Positions 13,701 to 27,474 of a stretch of 64,000 nt of DNA are shown piece by piece; the stretch's first letter is position 1; each line of letters opens with the position of its first letter. The notes beneath the pieces were generated by a model. The model did not search any database. It saw only the letters and a list, made by a program, of their open reading frames with translations, and was not told the origin of the DNA. The translations under genes and the position numbers were made by a program. Origin of the DNA: Lama guanicoe (lineage: Eukaryota); contig MU053792.1 in NCBI GenBank assembly GCA_013239625.1, forward strand, positions 886,112-950,111, written 5' to 3'.

Positions 13701-16700
13701 AAATCCTTGAACAGATTATCAGTAAGGAAGCATTGGACTTAAACTGCCCATTAGACTACTTGGACCTAACAGACAAATACAGAATATTTCATCAAACTGC
13801 AGAGTATACATTCTTCTCAAGGGCATATGGAACATTCTTCAGAAGAGATCATATTATATAGGCCATAAAACCAGTCTTAAGCAGTTTAAGAATATCAAAA
13901 TTACATCAAGCATCTTTTCTGACCACAATGGTATGAAACTACAATTCAGTTACAATAAAAAAAATTTTTAAATCTACAAATATATGGAGATTAGCCAAAT
14001 GCTCCTGACAACCAATGGGTCAAAGAAGAAATCAAGAGAAATCAAAAATTACCTTGAGACAAATGAAAATGGAGATGGAAACACCATACCAGAACATATG
14101 GAATATACCTAAAGCAATTCTAAAATAAAAGTTCATAGCAATGCCCACACTAGTATAAGATGTTCACATTAAATAAAAAGAGAGAACTAAAATAAACACC
14201 TCAGAGAAGTGAAAATATAAGAACAAACTAAGCTCAAAGTTAGGTGAAAGAAGGAAATAACAGAGTGGAGATAAATGGAATAGAGACTAAAAAGACAATA
14301 GAAAAGATCAGTGAAACTAATTCTTGGGAAAAATAAACAAAACTGATAAATCTTTGACTAGCCAAAACAAAAGATGGAAGACTTTTAAATAATCAGAAAG
14401 GTAAGCAGATCCATTACAACTAACACCACACAAATACTAAAGATCATAAGAAACTGCTCTGAACAATTATAGCAACAAATTAGATAACCAAGAAGACATG
14501 GACAAATTCCTAGAAACATATGACCTACCAAGCATCAATTATAATTAAAAGGAAAATCTGAACTAACCAATAACTAGTAAGGAGTTTAAATCACTAGCCA
14601 AAACATTCCCCCACAGAAAAATGTCGGGACCATATGACTTCCTGGATAAATTCTACTAAACATTTAAAGAAGAATAAATATCAAAAAATTATTCCAATAA
14701 ATAGAAGCAGAGAGAACACTTCCAAACATATTTTACAAGGCCCACATTACACTGATACCAAAGCCAGACAAGGACACTATAAAAAAACAAATTTCAGACT
14801 GATATCACTGTTGAACATAGATGCAAAAGTCCTCCACAAAATACTAACAAAAAGAGCGAAAAATACATTAAAAGGACTATACTAAGATTATACCAAGATC
14901 AAGAGGGATTTGCCCAGATATGCAGGGATGGTTCAGCATCAGCAAATCAATCAATGTGATACACCACATTAAAAAAAGAATAAAAATCGTATGATCATCT
15001 CAATAAATGTAGGAAAAGCTTTTGATAAAATTTATGTCCTTTTATTGTAAAAACTCTCAAGAAATTGAGTATAGAAGAAACATATCTCATATAACAAACT
15101 CCATGTGTGACAAGCCTACATCTAACATCATACCCAATGTTGAAAAGCTAAAAACTGTTCATTCGTTTTTAATTATTTTATTTTGTACCGTTATTATTTT
15201 ATTGTGGGGGGTTTACTAGGTTTGTTTGTTTGTTTATTTATTTATTTATCTATTTATTTATTTTGGGAGGAGGTACTGGGGATTGAACCCAAGGCCTTGA
15301 ATATGCTAAGCATGCATTCAACCAATTGAGCTATACCCTTCTCCATCAAAGCTGTTCATTTTTAAGATTAGGTACAAGACAAGGAAGTTCACTCTATCCA
15401 CTATTTTTCAATATAGTACTGGAAGTCCTACATGGAGCAATGAGACAATAAACAAACAAACAAACAAACAAACAAATAAATAAATAATTAGCATTTCACT
15501 TGGAAAGGAAGAAGGAAAACTGTGTGTAGATGACATGATTGCATATACAGAAAAATTCCACAAAAAAGGATTCCACCAAAAACTTATCAGAACTAATAAA
15601 TGGCTTTATTAAATTTTCAGGATACAAAATTTATATGCAAAACTTAGTTGTGTTTCTATACAATGACGACAAACTAGATAAATTCTGAATAGCTGGAGGC
15701 ACTACATTTCCTAATTTCAAACTCTATTACAAAGCTATAATAATCAAAACACTATGGCATTGAAATAAAAATAGGCTTATACATAAATGGAACAGAAGTA
15801 TAGAGCCCAGGAATAAACTCCAACATACGTGGTCAGTTAACTTTCAACAAAGGGCCAAGAATATACAATGGGGAAAGAATAATCTCTTCAATAAATGGTG
15901 TTGTACTAACTGAATTTTCACATGCAAAAGAATAAAAATGGACTCATACTATACACAAAAATGTTAACTCAAAAATGGATTACTGAAAATAAGATTTGAA
16001 ACTATAAAACTCCTAGAAGAAAAACTACAGGGTAATCCCCTTGACATTGGTCCTGGCAATGAGTTTTTGGACTTGATACCAAAAACACAAGAGACAGAAA
16101 GAAAACTAAATAAGTGGGACTACATCAAATGAAAAAGCTTCTTCACAGCAAAAGAAATCATCAACAAGACAAAATGACAATCTGCTAAGTGTGAAAAAAT
16201 ATTGGCAAACCACATATCTAATAATGGGTTAATATCCAGCAAATACTAGGAATTCCTACAACTCAACAACAAAAAACAAATAACTCAATTTTAAATGGGC
16301 AAAGAGTCTGAGGAGACATTTTTGCAAAGAAGACAACCAAATGGCCAACAGTGATGATGCAATGCTCAACATAAATAATTATCAGAGAAATGTAAATCAA
16401 AACCACAGAGAGATAGCACCTCACACTTGTTAGGGTGGCTATTATCTAAACTACAAAAGATAACAGATACTGGTGAGAAAGTAAAGAAACAGAAATACCT
16501 GCACACTGTTGGTGGGAATGTAAGTTGGTACAGCCACTATAGAGAACAGTATGAAAGTTCTCCTATAAATTTAAAATGGAACTACCATATGATCTAGCAT
16601 TCCAACTTCTGGATGTATATCCAAAGGAAAAGAGATTATCTCAAAAAGATATCTGTACTCCCATGGTTATTGCAGCATTATTCACAATAGCCAAGGTATA

Positions 16701-17231
16701 AAAAAAACCCATGTCCATCAATGGATAAATGGAAAAAAATGTAATACACACACAGGAATATTATGCAGTCTTAACAAAAGAAAGAAATCCTGCCCTTTGT
16801 GACAACATGATTGAAACTAGAGGGTATTATGCTAAGTGAAATAAAATAGTGTAAAACAAGTACTACATGGTATCACTTATATCAGAAATTTTTAAAAATT
16901 AACTCATAGAAACACATAGAATGATGGTTGTCTGGGGCTAGAGGTTGGGTAAAATAGTAAAGGGGTACAAATCTTCAATTATGAGATCAAAAGATCTTAG
17001 GATAAAATGTACAACATAGTCATTATAGTTCATAATACTTTTATTATTGACATTCTCTAAGAGAGTAGAACTTGTGTTCTCATTTTTTTTTAAAGGTAAA
17101 CATCACAAGTGATGGATGTGTTCATTAAATTGATGGTGGGCGCAGTGAATACGTAAATCATCATATTGTTCAGCTTAAATATATTGCAACTTTATTTGTC
17201 AATTATCCCTCAAAACAGGTGAAAAAAAAAA
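10714..17231 (+). mobile_element. Near-full-length decayed L1 (L1MA-like), sense to GRIA4
   Basis: 5' UTR, ORF1 remnant (about 11900-12770), ORF2 remnant (for example ISLLNIDAKVLHKILTK), L1MA-type 3' UTR and A-tail. Many stops and an internal deletion near 15680. Confidence 0.93.
15164..15347 (-). mobile_element. tRNA-derived SINE (Vic-1-like, camelid) inserted in L1
   Basis: B-box (ggggattgaaccc) and A-box (ttgagctataccc) reverse complements, (TTTA/TTTG)n tail. TSD aaaactgttcatt (15151-15163) and aaagctgttcatt (15348-15360). Confidence 0.85.
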
Positions 17232-17460
17232 GACTGATTCAACAATAATAGTAAGAGCTGATTCCTAAAATAATAATTCTTACTGGTTACTGGAGGTGAC
17301 AAATATTCCAGAAAATTTAAAATAATCTGTAGTCATAGTTGAAAATAAAAGCAGAAAGTATCAAATCCAATTCATATGTACCAAAAAGAGAAGAATGAAG
17401 CAAGTCAGATATCAATATATAATTTTTTAATTATATCACGAATTTACAAGCATACCTTTT

Positions 17461-20400
17461 TTTAACTGAAGTATAGTTGATTTATAATGTTGTGTTAATA
17501 TCAGGTGTACAGCATAGTGATTCAAGGATTTTTGCAGATTACATTCCATTATAGGTTATTAAAATTTATTGAATATAATTCTGTATGCTATACAGTAAAT
17601 CCTTTTTGCTTATCCATTTTATGTATAGCAGTTTATATCTATTAACCCCATACTCCTAATTTGTTCCTTCTGCCTTCCTTTCTCCTTTGGTAATCATAAG
17701 ATTATTTTCTATGTTTGTGAGTTCATTTCTGTTTTGTATATAGTTTCATTTATTTGATTTTTAAGGTCATTAAAATAAGTAATATCATATAGTACTTGTC
17801 TTTCTCTGATCGATTTCACTAACCATAATATTCTTTAGTTCCAACCATGTTGCTTCTAATGGCAATAATTCATTCTTTCTTACAGCTGAGTAATATTCCA
17901 TTGTGTATATATATATATATATATATATACACACCACATCTTCTTAAACTAGTTGCCTGTTGATGAACATGTGGGTTGTTTCCATATCTTGGCTATTGTA
18001 AACAATGCTGTATGAACATTGGAGTGTGTGTATCTTTTCAGATTAGAGTTTTCATCTTTTCTGGATATATGCCCAGGAGAAGAAATGCTGGATCATATAG
18101 TAGCTCTATTTTTAGTTTTTAAAAAAATCTTCATACTGTTTTCCATAGTGGCTGCAGCACTTTGCATTCCTGCACTCTTTCCTCTACACCTTCTCCAGCG
18201 TTTGTTATTTGTAGACATTTTGATGATAGTCATTCTGATTGGTGTGAGGTAGTACCTCATTATGATTTTGTTGTGCATTTCTCTAATAATTAGCATTTTG
18301 AGAACCTTTTCATGTATCTGTTGGCTAACTGTACGTTTTCTTTGGAGAAATGTCTATTTAGGTCTTCTGCCCATTTTTTGATTGGGTTGTCTGGTTATTT
18401 TTAGATATTGAGTGATAAGAACTGTTTATATTTTGAATATTGACCCTTTTCATCAGTTGCATCATTTGCAAATATTTTCTCCCAGTCTATAGATGGTCTT
18501 CTCATTTTGTCTATGGTTTCTTTTGCTGTACAAAAGTTTTTAAGTTCAGCTGGGTCCCAAATGTTTATTTTTGCTTTTATTAATTTCCCTTTGGGAGACT
18601 GATCAAAGAAAATTTTGCTATGATTATGTCAAAGAATGTTTTGCCTGTGTTTTTTTCTAGGAGTTTGTGGTGGCATGTCCTACATGTAGGTCTCTACACC
18701 ATTTGGAGTTTATTTTTGTCTGTGGTGGGAGGGAGTGTTCTGATTTCATTCTTTCATATGTGGCTGTCCAGTTTTCCCAGCACCACTTGATAAAGAGACT
18801 GTCTTTTCTCTGTTGTATACTAGTCCTTTCTTCGTCATAGGTTAATCTAGTGTAGGTGTGTAAGTTTATTTCGGGGCTCTCTATTCTGTCCCATTGCTCT
18901 ATGCCTGTTTTCATGCTAATACCACATTATTTAGATTACTGTAGCTTTGTAGTCTAGTCTGAAGTCTGGAAGGATTGTACCTCCAGCATAGATCTTTTTC
19001 CTCAGGGTTGTTCTGGCAATTCTGGGTATTTTATGTTTCCATATAAATTTTAGGATTATTTGTTCTAGTTCTGTGGAAAATGTCAGAGATATTTTGATAG
19101 TAATTGCATTAAATCTGTAGATTGCTTTGGGTAGTATGACCATTTTAACAATACTGATTCTGTTGATCCAAGAGCATTGGATATTATTCTATTCAATTTC
19201 AGGAAATGTTCAATTTCCTGTACCAATGTTTTATAGTTTTCATCATATAGATCTTTTATCTTCTTGGTGAAATTTTATTCCTAGGTATTTCTGACATTGT
19301 TTTATATGAGATATTCATTGTTAGTGTAAAAAAAAGGCAATAAATTTCTGTAGATTCACCTTGTATCTTGTTACTTTTTTACTGAATTCATTTATTATGA
19401 TATTTTTGTTTGGAGACTTTACAATTTTCTAAATAGTCTGTAAATAGTGACAGTTTTACCTCTTCCCTTCCAGTTTGGATACTTTTAATTTCTTTTTCTG
19501 GTCTGATTTCTGTAGCTATGATTACCAATACTGTGCTGAATAGAAGTGGTGACAGTGGGCATCCTCTCTTGATCCTAAATTTAGTGGGAAGGCTTTCAGC
19601 ATTTCACCATTGAGTATTATGTTGGCTGTGGGTTTATTGTAAATGGCCTTTATTGTGTTGAGATATGCTCCCTCTGTACCCACTTTGGTGAGAATTTTTA
19701 TCATGAATAGGTGTTGAATTTTATCAAATGTTTTTTCTGCATCTATTGAGATTATCATGTGTTTTTTTGTCTATTACTTGTGTGTATCACACTGATTCAT
19801 TTGCTTCTGTTGAACCATCCTTTCAACCCTGGAATGAATCCAAGTTGATTATGGTGTATGATCCTTTCTATGCATTGCTTGATTCAGTTTGCTAATATTT
19901 TGTTGAGGATATTTGCATCTATATTCATCAAAGATATTGGCCAGTAATTTTCTTTTTTTGTAGTGTCTTTGTCCGTTTGTTATCAGGGTGATGATGGCTT
20001 CATAGAATGACTTTAGGAGTGTTCCGTCTTCTTCAATTATTACTACATCCTTCTGCTGACTTTGGGTTTTGCTTATTGTTCTTTTTCCAGTTCTTTTAGG
20101 TGATGTGTTAGGTTGGTTGAGATTTTTCTTGTTTACTGAAGAATGCTTGTATCATTATGAACTTCCCTCTTAGAACTGTTTTTGCTTGATCCCATAGATT
20201 TTGTAAAGTTGTGTTTTCATTTTCACTTTTCTAGAGGCATTCTCTAATTTCTTCTTTGATTTCATCATTGACCCATTGGTTTTTTTAGTAGCATTTTGCT
20301 TAGTCACCACTTCATTCTTTTCCTGTTCTTTCTGTAGATGATTTCTAGTTTCATACAATTGTGGTCAGAAAAGAAGCTTGATATAATTTCTATCCTCTTA

Positions 20401-22029
20401 AATTTGTTGAGGCTTGTTTTGTGACCTAGCATTTTGTCTATCCTAGAGAAGGTTCCATGCACACTTGAAAAGAAAATGCATTCTGGTTTCTTGGATGTAG
20501 TGTCCTATAGATATCAATTAAGTCCAACTGGTTTATTGCATAGTCTATTATCTCTATTGCATTATTGATTTTTCCATCTTGGTGACCTATCCATTGATGT
20601 CACTAGGGTGTTAAAATCGCCTACTAATATTGTACTATTGTCAGTTTCTTCCTTTATGTCTGTTAGTATTTGCTTTATATATTTAGGTGCTCCTATTATG
20701 GGTGTGTATATGTTAACAATTGTAATATCCTCTTCTTGTATTGATCACTTTGTCATTATATAATACCTTTTTGGCTTTCGTTATAGCCTTGTTTTAAGGC
20801 CTGTTTTGTCTGATATGAGTAATTCTACCCCCATTTTTATAATGTCCATTTATATGAAATATTTTTTCCATCTTTCACTTTCAGTCTGTGTCTTTTGCCC
20901 TGAAGTGAGTCTCTTAAAGGCTTGCTTGGTTCTTGTTTTTTTCTTTTTAACCAATCTACCAGTCTGTGTGTTTTGATCAGAGTATTTTTGTTTATTAAAA
21001 TTTAAAGCAATTTTTGACTGCCATTTTAATCCTTGTTTTACAGGGGTTTTTTGTAATTCTTCTTTGTTTATTTTTCCTTTTTGTTTTTCCTTTTGGTGAT
21101 TTTCTTTTGTAGTATGTTTAAGTTCCTTTTTTTTATTTTTTGGTTTTTGTGGATATATGGTACGTTTTTTATTTTTGTTTACCATGGAGTTCAAATATGT
21201 TGACCCATACTATATCTAATTTTTCAAGCTGATAGCCATTTAGTTCATATATATTCTATAATATCTACATCTTTATCCTTATCTCTCCCACATTTTGAAT
21301 TTTGATGTCCTATTTTACACCTTTATGTTTATTCTCTTCTCCATGGCTGTAGCCACATTGTCAGGGGCGGGGGTTGCTGAGACAAATAAGGCTTGTGCAA
21401 TCACAGAGAACCTATGTGCTCCCTATGTTGGCATCTGTGGTTCTACTCAGAATCAGCTCAAAGTCTCATCTATTTCTGTGTTGTGTTTGTCCCCAATGTA
21501 GCACAAGTCTGTGGTGTGGAGTGAGTGGGGCCAGTGGGTTCGCCCTGTTCAGATTGGAGATTGTGGTGAGGTGGCAGCCACCAATGCAAGACTCTCTCTG
21601 CTCTGATTGTTGGCAAGCCAGCTTGCATGTACTCCTCACAAGTACAGTTTAGTCTTCTCTAGCCCTTCTGTCTGTCCCAGCAGTTCTTCCTGCAAGCAAA
21701 GTTCTTGTTTCCTCCTTGCAGGACACTAGGACCAGAATGCCCATGTTGTGGCTTGAGCTACTTTCTCCCCAGGGTGAAGGTCTGCCCATGCAGAGCTTCT
21801 CTTCCATACAGATCCCTCCCAGGGGTGCAGGTCCTAATCTGATGCCCTTTTTTCCCTTCCTTCCAGTTATATGGAGATATTTCTTGCAACTTCAGTTGTA
21901 TAGGAGTTCTGCAAGTTTCCAGTTAGTTTTCAGGGAGAAATGTTCCACAGGCAGATGTATTTTTGATGTGTTTGTAAAGTGGGAGGTGAGCTCCATGTCC
22001 TTCTACTTCATCATCTTGATCCCAGTCTC
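17461..22029 (-). mobile_element. L1 with both termini but internally deleted (ORF1 absent, part of ORF2 absent)
   Basis: ORF2 peptides ([34 protein letters not shown]). 5' end at 22029. TSD ttacaagcatacctttt (17444-17460) and ttacaagcgtgcttttt (22030-22046). Confidence 0.92.
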
Positions 22030-25000
22030 TTACAAGCGTGCTTTTTTATATAATTCAGGGACCTCCCTTATTTAAACAAGGTTAATTCCCTGAAGAAGCT
22101 GACATTTTAAATTTGGTTAAGGAATGACACAGAAATATTGGCTTAATGGCTATTAAATTATTTTGCTGAAATACAGAAGGCAGATTCCATGTATTTAAAT
22201 AAAGTAATATTCAATTTCATTATGATTAAGAGGATTCACATAGTTTATAAATGCTCTTCAGTGTTATTCAAAATTGTTTTTTCATTATCTGTAGGTTAAA
22301 TTTATCTTCTTCAGTTAACTACAATTCAATCTCATGCATCCTTTTATCCTGATGAAATAGGAATAAATTGATGTTTTCTATGTTCACTGAATCTCTTAGC
22401 CTTTACAATTATTGTAGTGCACTGAGATCTCTCCTCCAGCCAGGCCAAAAGAAATGAGGATCCCTACCCTTTTATTATTCAAACCTTTTGTTGTTGAGGA
22501 TCCAAATAGACCCACAGTGACTTGATACCATGTAAATAGCAAGAGTTGTGCCTGATAGCTAACTGGATGGATACCTCCTTTTTAAAAATTGAAGTATACT
22601 TTACTTACAATATTATAGGGTTTCAGTTATACAATATGTTCTTTCAATATTTTTACAGATTATACACCACTTAGGGTTATTATAAAGTACTGGCTATATT
22701 TCCTGTGCTGTACCATATGTTCTTATAGCTTATTTATTTCACACATAGTAGTTGGTACATCTTAAATCCCTACTCCTCTCTTGCCCCTCCCCACTTTCCT
22801 CACCCCACTGGTTTGTCTCCATATCTGAGTCTGCTTCTGTTTCGTTATACTCGTTCATTTATTCTTTTAGATTCCACAGAAAAGTGATAACCTACAGTAT
22901 TTGTCTTTCTCTGTCTTACTTATTTCACTAAGCATGTACCCTTCATGTCCATCCATGTTGTTACAAATAGCAAATTTAATTCTTTTTTGTGGATGAGTAA
23001 CATTTCATTGTATATATATACCATATCTCCTTTATCCACATACGCTTATGGGCACTTAGGTTGCTTCCGTATCATGGCTACTGCTGCTATGAACATTGAG
23101 GTTCATGTATGTTTTGAATTAGTGTTTCTATTTTCTTTAATATATAGCCAGGTGTTGAATTGCTGGATAATATTGTTGTTGTATTTTATATTCTTGAGGA
23201 ATTTCCATACTGTTTTCCATAGTGGATACATTAATTTACATTCCCACCAGCAGTGAGGCACTGTTGCCTTTTATGAACATCCTTGCCAACATATGTTATT
23301 TGTGATCTTTTTTACAGTAGCCATTCTGAGAGGTATGAGATATTTCCTTGTGATTTTGATTTGCATTTCTCTGATAATTAGTGATGTTGAAAATGTTTTC
23401 ATGTACCTGTTGAGCATACCTATGTCTTCTTTGGGAAAATGTCTATTCAGGTCTTCTACCCATTTTTTAATTGAATTGTTTAGTTTTTTAGTATTGAGTT
23501 GTGTGAGCTATCTATATATTTTGCATATTAACCTTTACTAGTCATATCGTTTGCAATTATTTTCTTTCATTCTGTAGGTTGTCTTTTTGTTTTGTTGATG
23601 GTTTCCTTTTCTATGCAAAAGCTTTTAAGTTTCACTAGGTCTCATTTATTTCTTTTTGCTTTTGTGTGCTTTGCATTAGGAGACAGATCCAAACAAATAT
23701 TCTGTGATTTATGTCAGTGAGTGTTCTACTTATGTTTTCTTTCAGTTGTTTTATGGCTTCTAGTCTTACCTTTAGGTCTTTCGATCAGTTTTGAGTTTAT
23801 TTTTGTATACAGCGTGAGAAAATATTCTATTATTTTGTACATGTAACTGTACAGTTTTCCCAAGCACCATTGTTGAAGAGAGTATCTTTTTCCCATTTTA
23901 TATGCTTGCCTCTTTTGTCAAAGATTAATTGACCATAAGTTTATGGATTTATTTCTGGGCTCTCTACTCTTCCATTGATCTATGTGTCTGTTTCTGTGCC
24001 AGTACCATATTCTTTTGATTACTGTAGCTTTGTAGTCTAGTCTGAAATCAGGAAGCATGATATTTTCAGCTTTATTTTTTTATTTCATAGCTTTGGTTAT
24101 TCAGTCTTTTGTGGTTCCATTAAACTTAAGGATTTTTTTTTTACTTCTGTAAATAATATTGTTGTATTTTGATATGGATTGTATTAAATTGCTGATTACA
24201 TTGCCTAGTATGGTTATTTTAACAATTTTAATTTTTCCAGTTCATGAATTTGGAATATCTTTTCATTTCCCTGTATCATCTTCCACTTCCTTCATCAGTG
24301 TCTTATACTTTTCTGAGTATAGGTGTTTCATGTCCTGGGTTAAGTTTATTCCTCGGTATTCTTTTCTTTTTGTGTGTGTGATTTTAAACAGGATTGCTTG
24401 CTTGCTTGCTCCTTCTAAAAGCTCACTATTAGCATAAAGAAAAGCAACAGATTTATGTATATTAATCTTGCATTCTACAACTTTACTGAATCAATTATAT
24501 ATAATATTGTTTATGATGTAGACTTTAGTGTTTTGTATATATGGTTTCATATCTACATGCAATGATGGGTTTTTTTTTCCCTTCCAATCTGGGTGCCTTT
24601 CATTTCCTTTTTTGTTTGATTGCTCTGGTAGAGACCTCCAATATGTCAAATAGAAGTTGAGAATAGGCATCCTCGTTTTGTTCCTGATTTTAGAGGAAAA
24701 GCTTTCACCTTTTCACCACTGAGTATGTTGTTTGTTCTTATTTTGTCATATATGGCCTTTATTATTTTTAGATAAGTTATCTCTATGCCAACTTTATAAG
24801 AGTGTTTATCACAAATGGATGCTGAAGTTTTCAATTTTTTTTTGTGGGCCTGTTGAGATGATCATGTGATTTTTATCCTTCCTTTTGTTAATGTGGTGTA
24901 CCATATTGATTTATTAGTAAATATTAAACCATCTTTGCATCCCTGGAGTAAATCTCACTTAATCATGGTGTATGACGCATGATATATGATTTTATATAGC

Positions 25001-25606
25001 ATTGAATTTACTTTACTAATATTTGTTGAGGATTTTTGCCTTTATATTCACCAAAGATACTGATCTATAACATTTTTTTTGTAATGCTACTGTCTGGCTT
25101 TGGTATCAGCATAATTGTAAAGTAAATTTCAATGTGTTCCCTACTCTTCAATTTTTTGGAATAGTTTGAGAAGGATAAGTATTAACTCTTCTTTTTATGT
25201 TTGGTAAAATTCTCCTATGATACCGTGTTTGTCCTGGACTTTTGTTTGCTGGGATTTTTTTTGGGGGGGGATTACTAATTCAACTTCATCACTAGTGATT
25301 GGTCTATTTATATTGTCTATTTCTTTCTGTGTCACTCTAGGAGGACTATATGTTTCTAGAAATTTATCCATATCTTCTAGGTTGTCCAATTGATTGATAT
25401 ATAACTGTTCATAGTATTCTCTCATGATTCTTTTGTCTCTTTGATATTAGTTGTAAATTCTCCTCTTTCATTTCTTGTTTATTTGGGTCCTCTCTCTCTT
25501 TTTTCTTGATAAAACTGTCTAAAGACTTATCAGTTTTGTTTATCTTTTCAAAAATATCTCTGTTTTTTTAATATTTTCAATTATTTCTTGGGTCTCTGTT
25601 TTATTT

Positions 25607-26046
25607 TTTTAACTTTTTTTATTGATTTATAATCATTTTACAATGTTGTGTCAAATTCCAGTGTTCAGCACAATTTTTCAGTCATACATGGACATATACA
25701 TACTCATTGTCACATTTTTTTTCTCTGTGAGCTACCATAACATTTTGTGTATATTTCCCTGTGCTATACAGTACAATCTTGTTTATCTATTCTTCAGTTT
25801 TGAAATTTCAGTCTATCCCTTCCGACCCTCCACCCCCCTGGCAACCACAAGTCTGTATTCTCTGTCCATGAGTCTATTTCTGTCCTGTATTTATGCTTTG
25901 TTTTTGTTTGTTTGTCTGTTTGTTTTTGTTTTCATTTGTTTAGATTCCACATATGAGTGATCTCATATGGTATTTTTCTTTCTCTTTCTGGCTTACTTCA
26001 CTTAGAATGACATTCCCCAGGAGCATCCATGTCACTGCAAATGGCA
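25607..26046 (-). mobile_element. Young 5'-truncated L1 3' end nested in L1
   Basis: Closely matches the young 3' ends at 27266 and 35113. TSD tctgttttattt (25595-25606) and tctattttattt (26047-26058). Confidence 0.88.
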
Positions 26047-27265
26047 TCTATTTTATTTATTACTCTCTATTCTTAGTTATTTCCTTCCTCTGTTAACTTT
26101 TGGCTCTATTTATTCTTTTTCTAATTCCTTAAGATGATAAGTTAGGTTGTTTATTTGAGATTTTTCTTGTTTCTTGAGATAATCCTGTATAACTATAAAC
26201 TTACCTCTTATAACTGCTTTTGCTGTGTCCCATTTTGAAAATGTGTATTTTTATTTTCACTTGTCTTGAGGTATTTTCTGATTTCCTCTTTGATTTCTTC
26301 ATTTACTCATTGGTTTTTAGTAGCATATTATTTAGTTAACACATGTTTGTGGGTTTTTTGTCCTTTTTTTTTCCTGTAATTGATTTCAGGTTTCATACTG
26401 TTGTGGCCAGAAAAAATGCTTGATGTAATTTCTATACTCTTAAATTTGTCGAGGTTTGTTTTGTGGCCTAACTTGTGATCTGTTCTGGAGAATGTCCCAT
26501 GTGCACTTGAGAAGAATGTGCATTCTTCTGTTTAGAAATGAAATGTCCTGTAGATAGCAATTAAGCCCAACTGGTCTACTGTGTAACATACAGCCTCTGT
26601 TGCATTATTGATTTTCTGTCTGGTTGATCTGTCCATTGATGTAAGTGAGATGTTAAAGTCCCCTACTATTGTTGTGTTATTGTCAGTTTCTTCCTTTAGG
26701 TCTATTAGTATTTTTTAATATAATTAGGTACTCCTATTTTAGTATATACACATATACATATATATGTTAACATGTTATATCCTCTTCTTGTATTAATTTC
26801 TTTATCATTACATAATGTTTATTTTTGTCTTTTCATATGGATTTTGTTGTAAACTCTACTTTGTCTGATATGAGTATTGATTATTATTCCAGCTGTCTTG
26901 TCATTTCCTTTTGTCATGAAATATCTTTTCATCCCCTCACTTTCAGTCCGTGTTATGTCTTTAGAGCTGAAGAGAGTCTCTTATAAACAGCAAATATATG
27001 GGTCTTTTTTTTTAAATCAGCCATCCTTTTTCTTTTGATTGTAGCATTTAGTCCACTGACACTTAAAGTGAGTACTGATAGGTATGTACTTATTGCCATT
27101 TTGTCACTTGCATTTTGTATTTTGGGGTTTTTTTGTTTTTTTGGTTTTTTTTTCCTTGTCTGAGCTATTTTATATATTTTTTTATTGAAGTACAGTCAGT
27201 TTACAATGTTGTGTCAATTTCTGGTATACAACACAATGCTTCAGTCATATAAGAACACACATATA

Positions 27266-27474
27266 AGATACTGACAGGCATATGTAGAATAGATAAACAA
27301 GATTATACTGTATAGCACAGGGAAATATATACAAGATCTTGTGGTAGCTCATAGCAAAAAAAATGTGACAATGAATATATGTATATTCAAGTATAACTGA
27401 AAAATTGTGCTCTGCACTGGAATTTAACATAACATTGTAAAATGACTATAACTCAATTAAAAAATGTTAAAAAA
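27266..27474 (+). mobile_element. Short L1 3' end, third-level nested insertion
   Basis: TSD aagaacacacatata (27251-27265) and aataacacacatata (27475-27489), A-tail, orientation opposite to its host. Confidence 0.9.

Noticed and set aside
15270..15345. Possible tRNA gene on the minus strand
   Set aside because: It has a simple-repeat tail and TSDs, so it is a tRNA-derived SINE.
10697..17238. TSD for the sense L1 (aaaagattagtttagt / aaaagactgattcaac)
   Set aside because: Too many mismatches to assert, although all are transitions.
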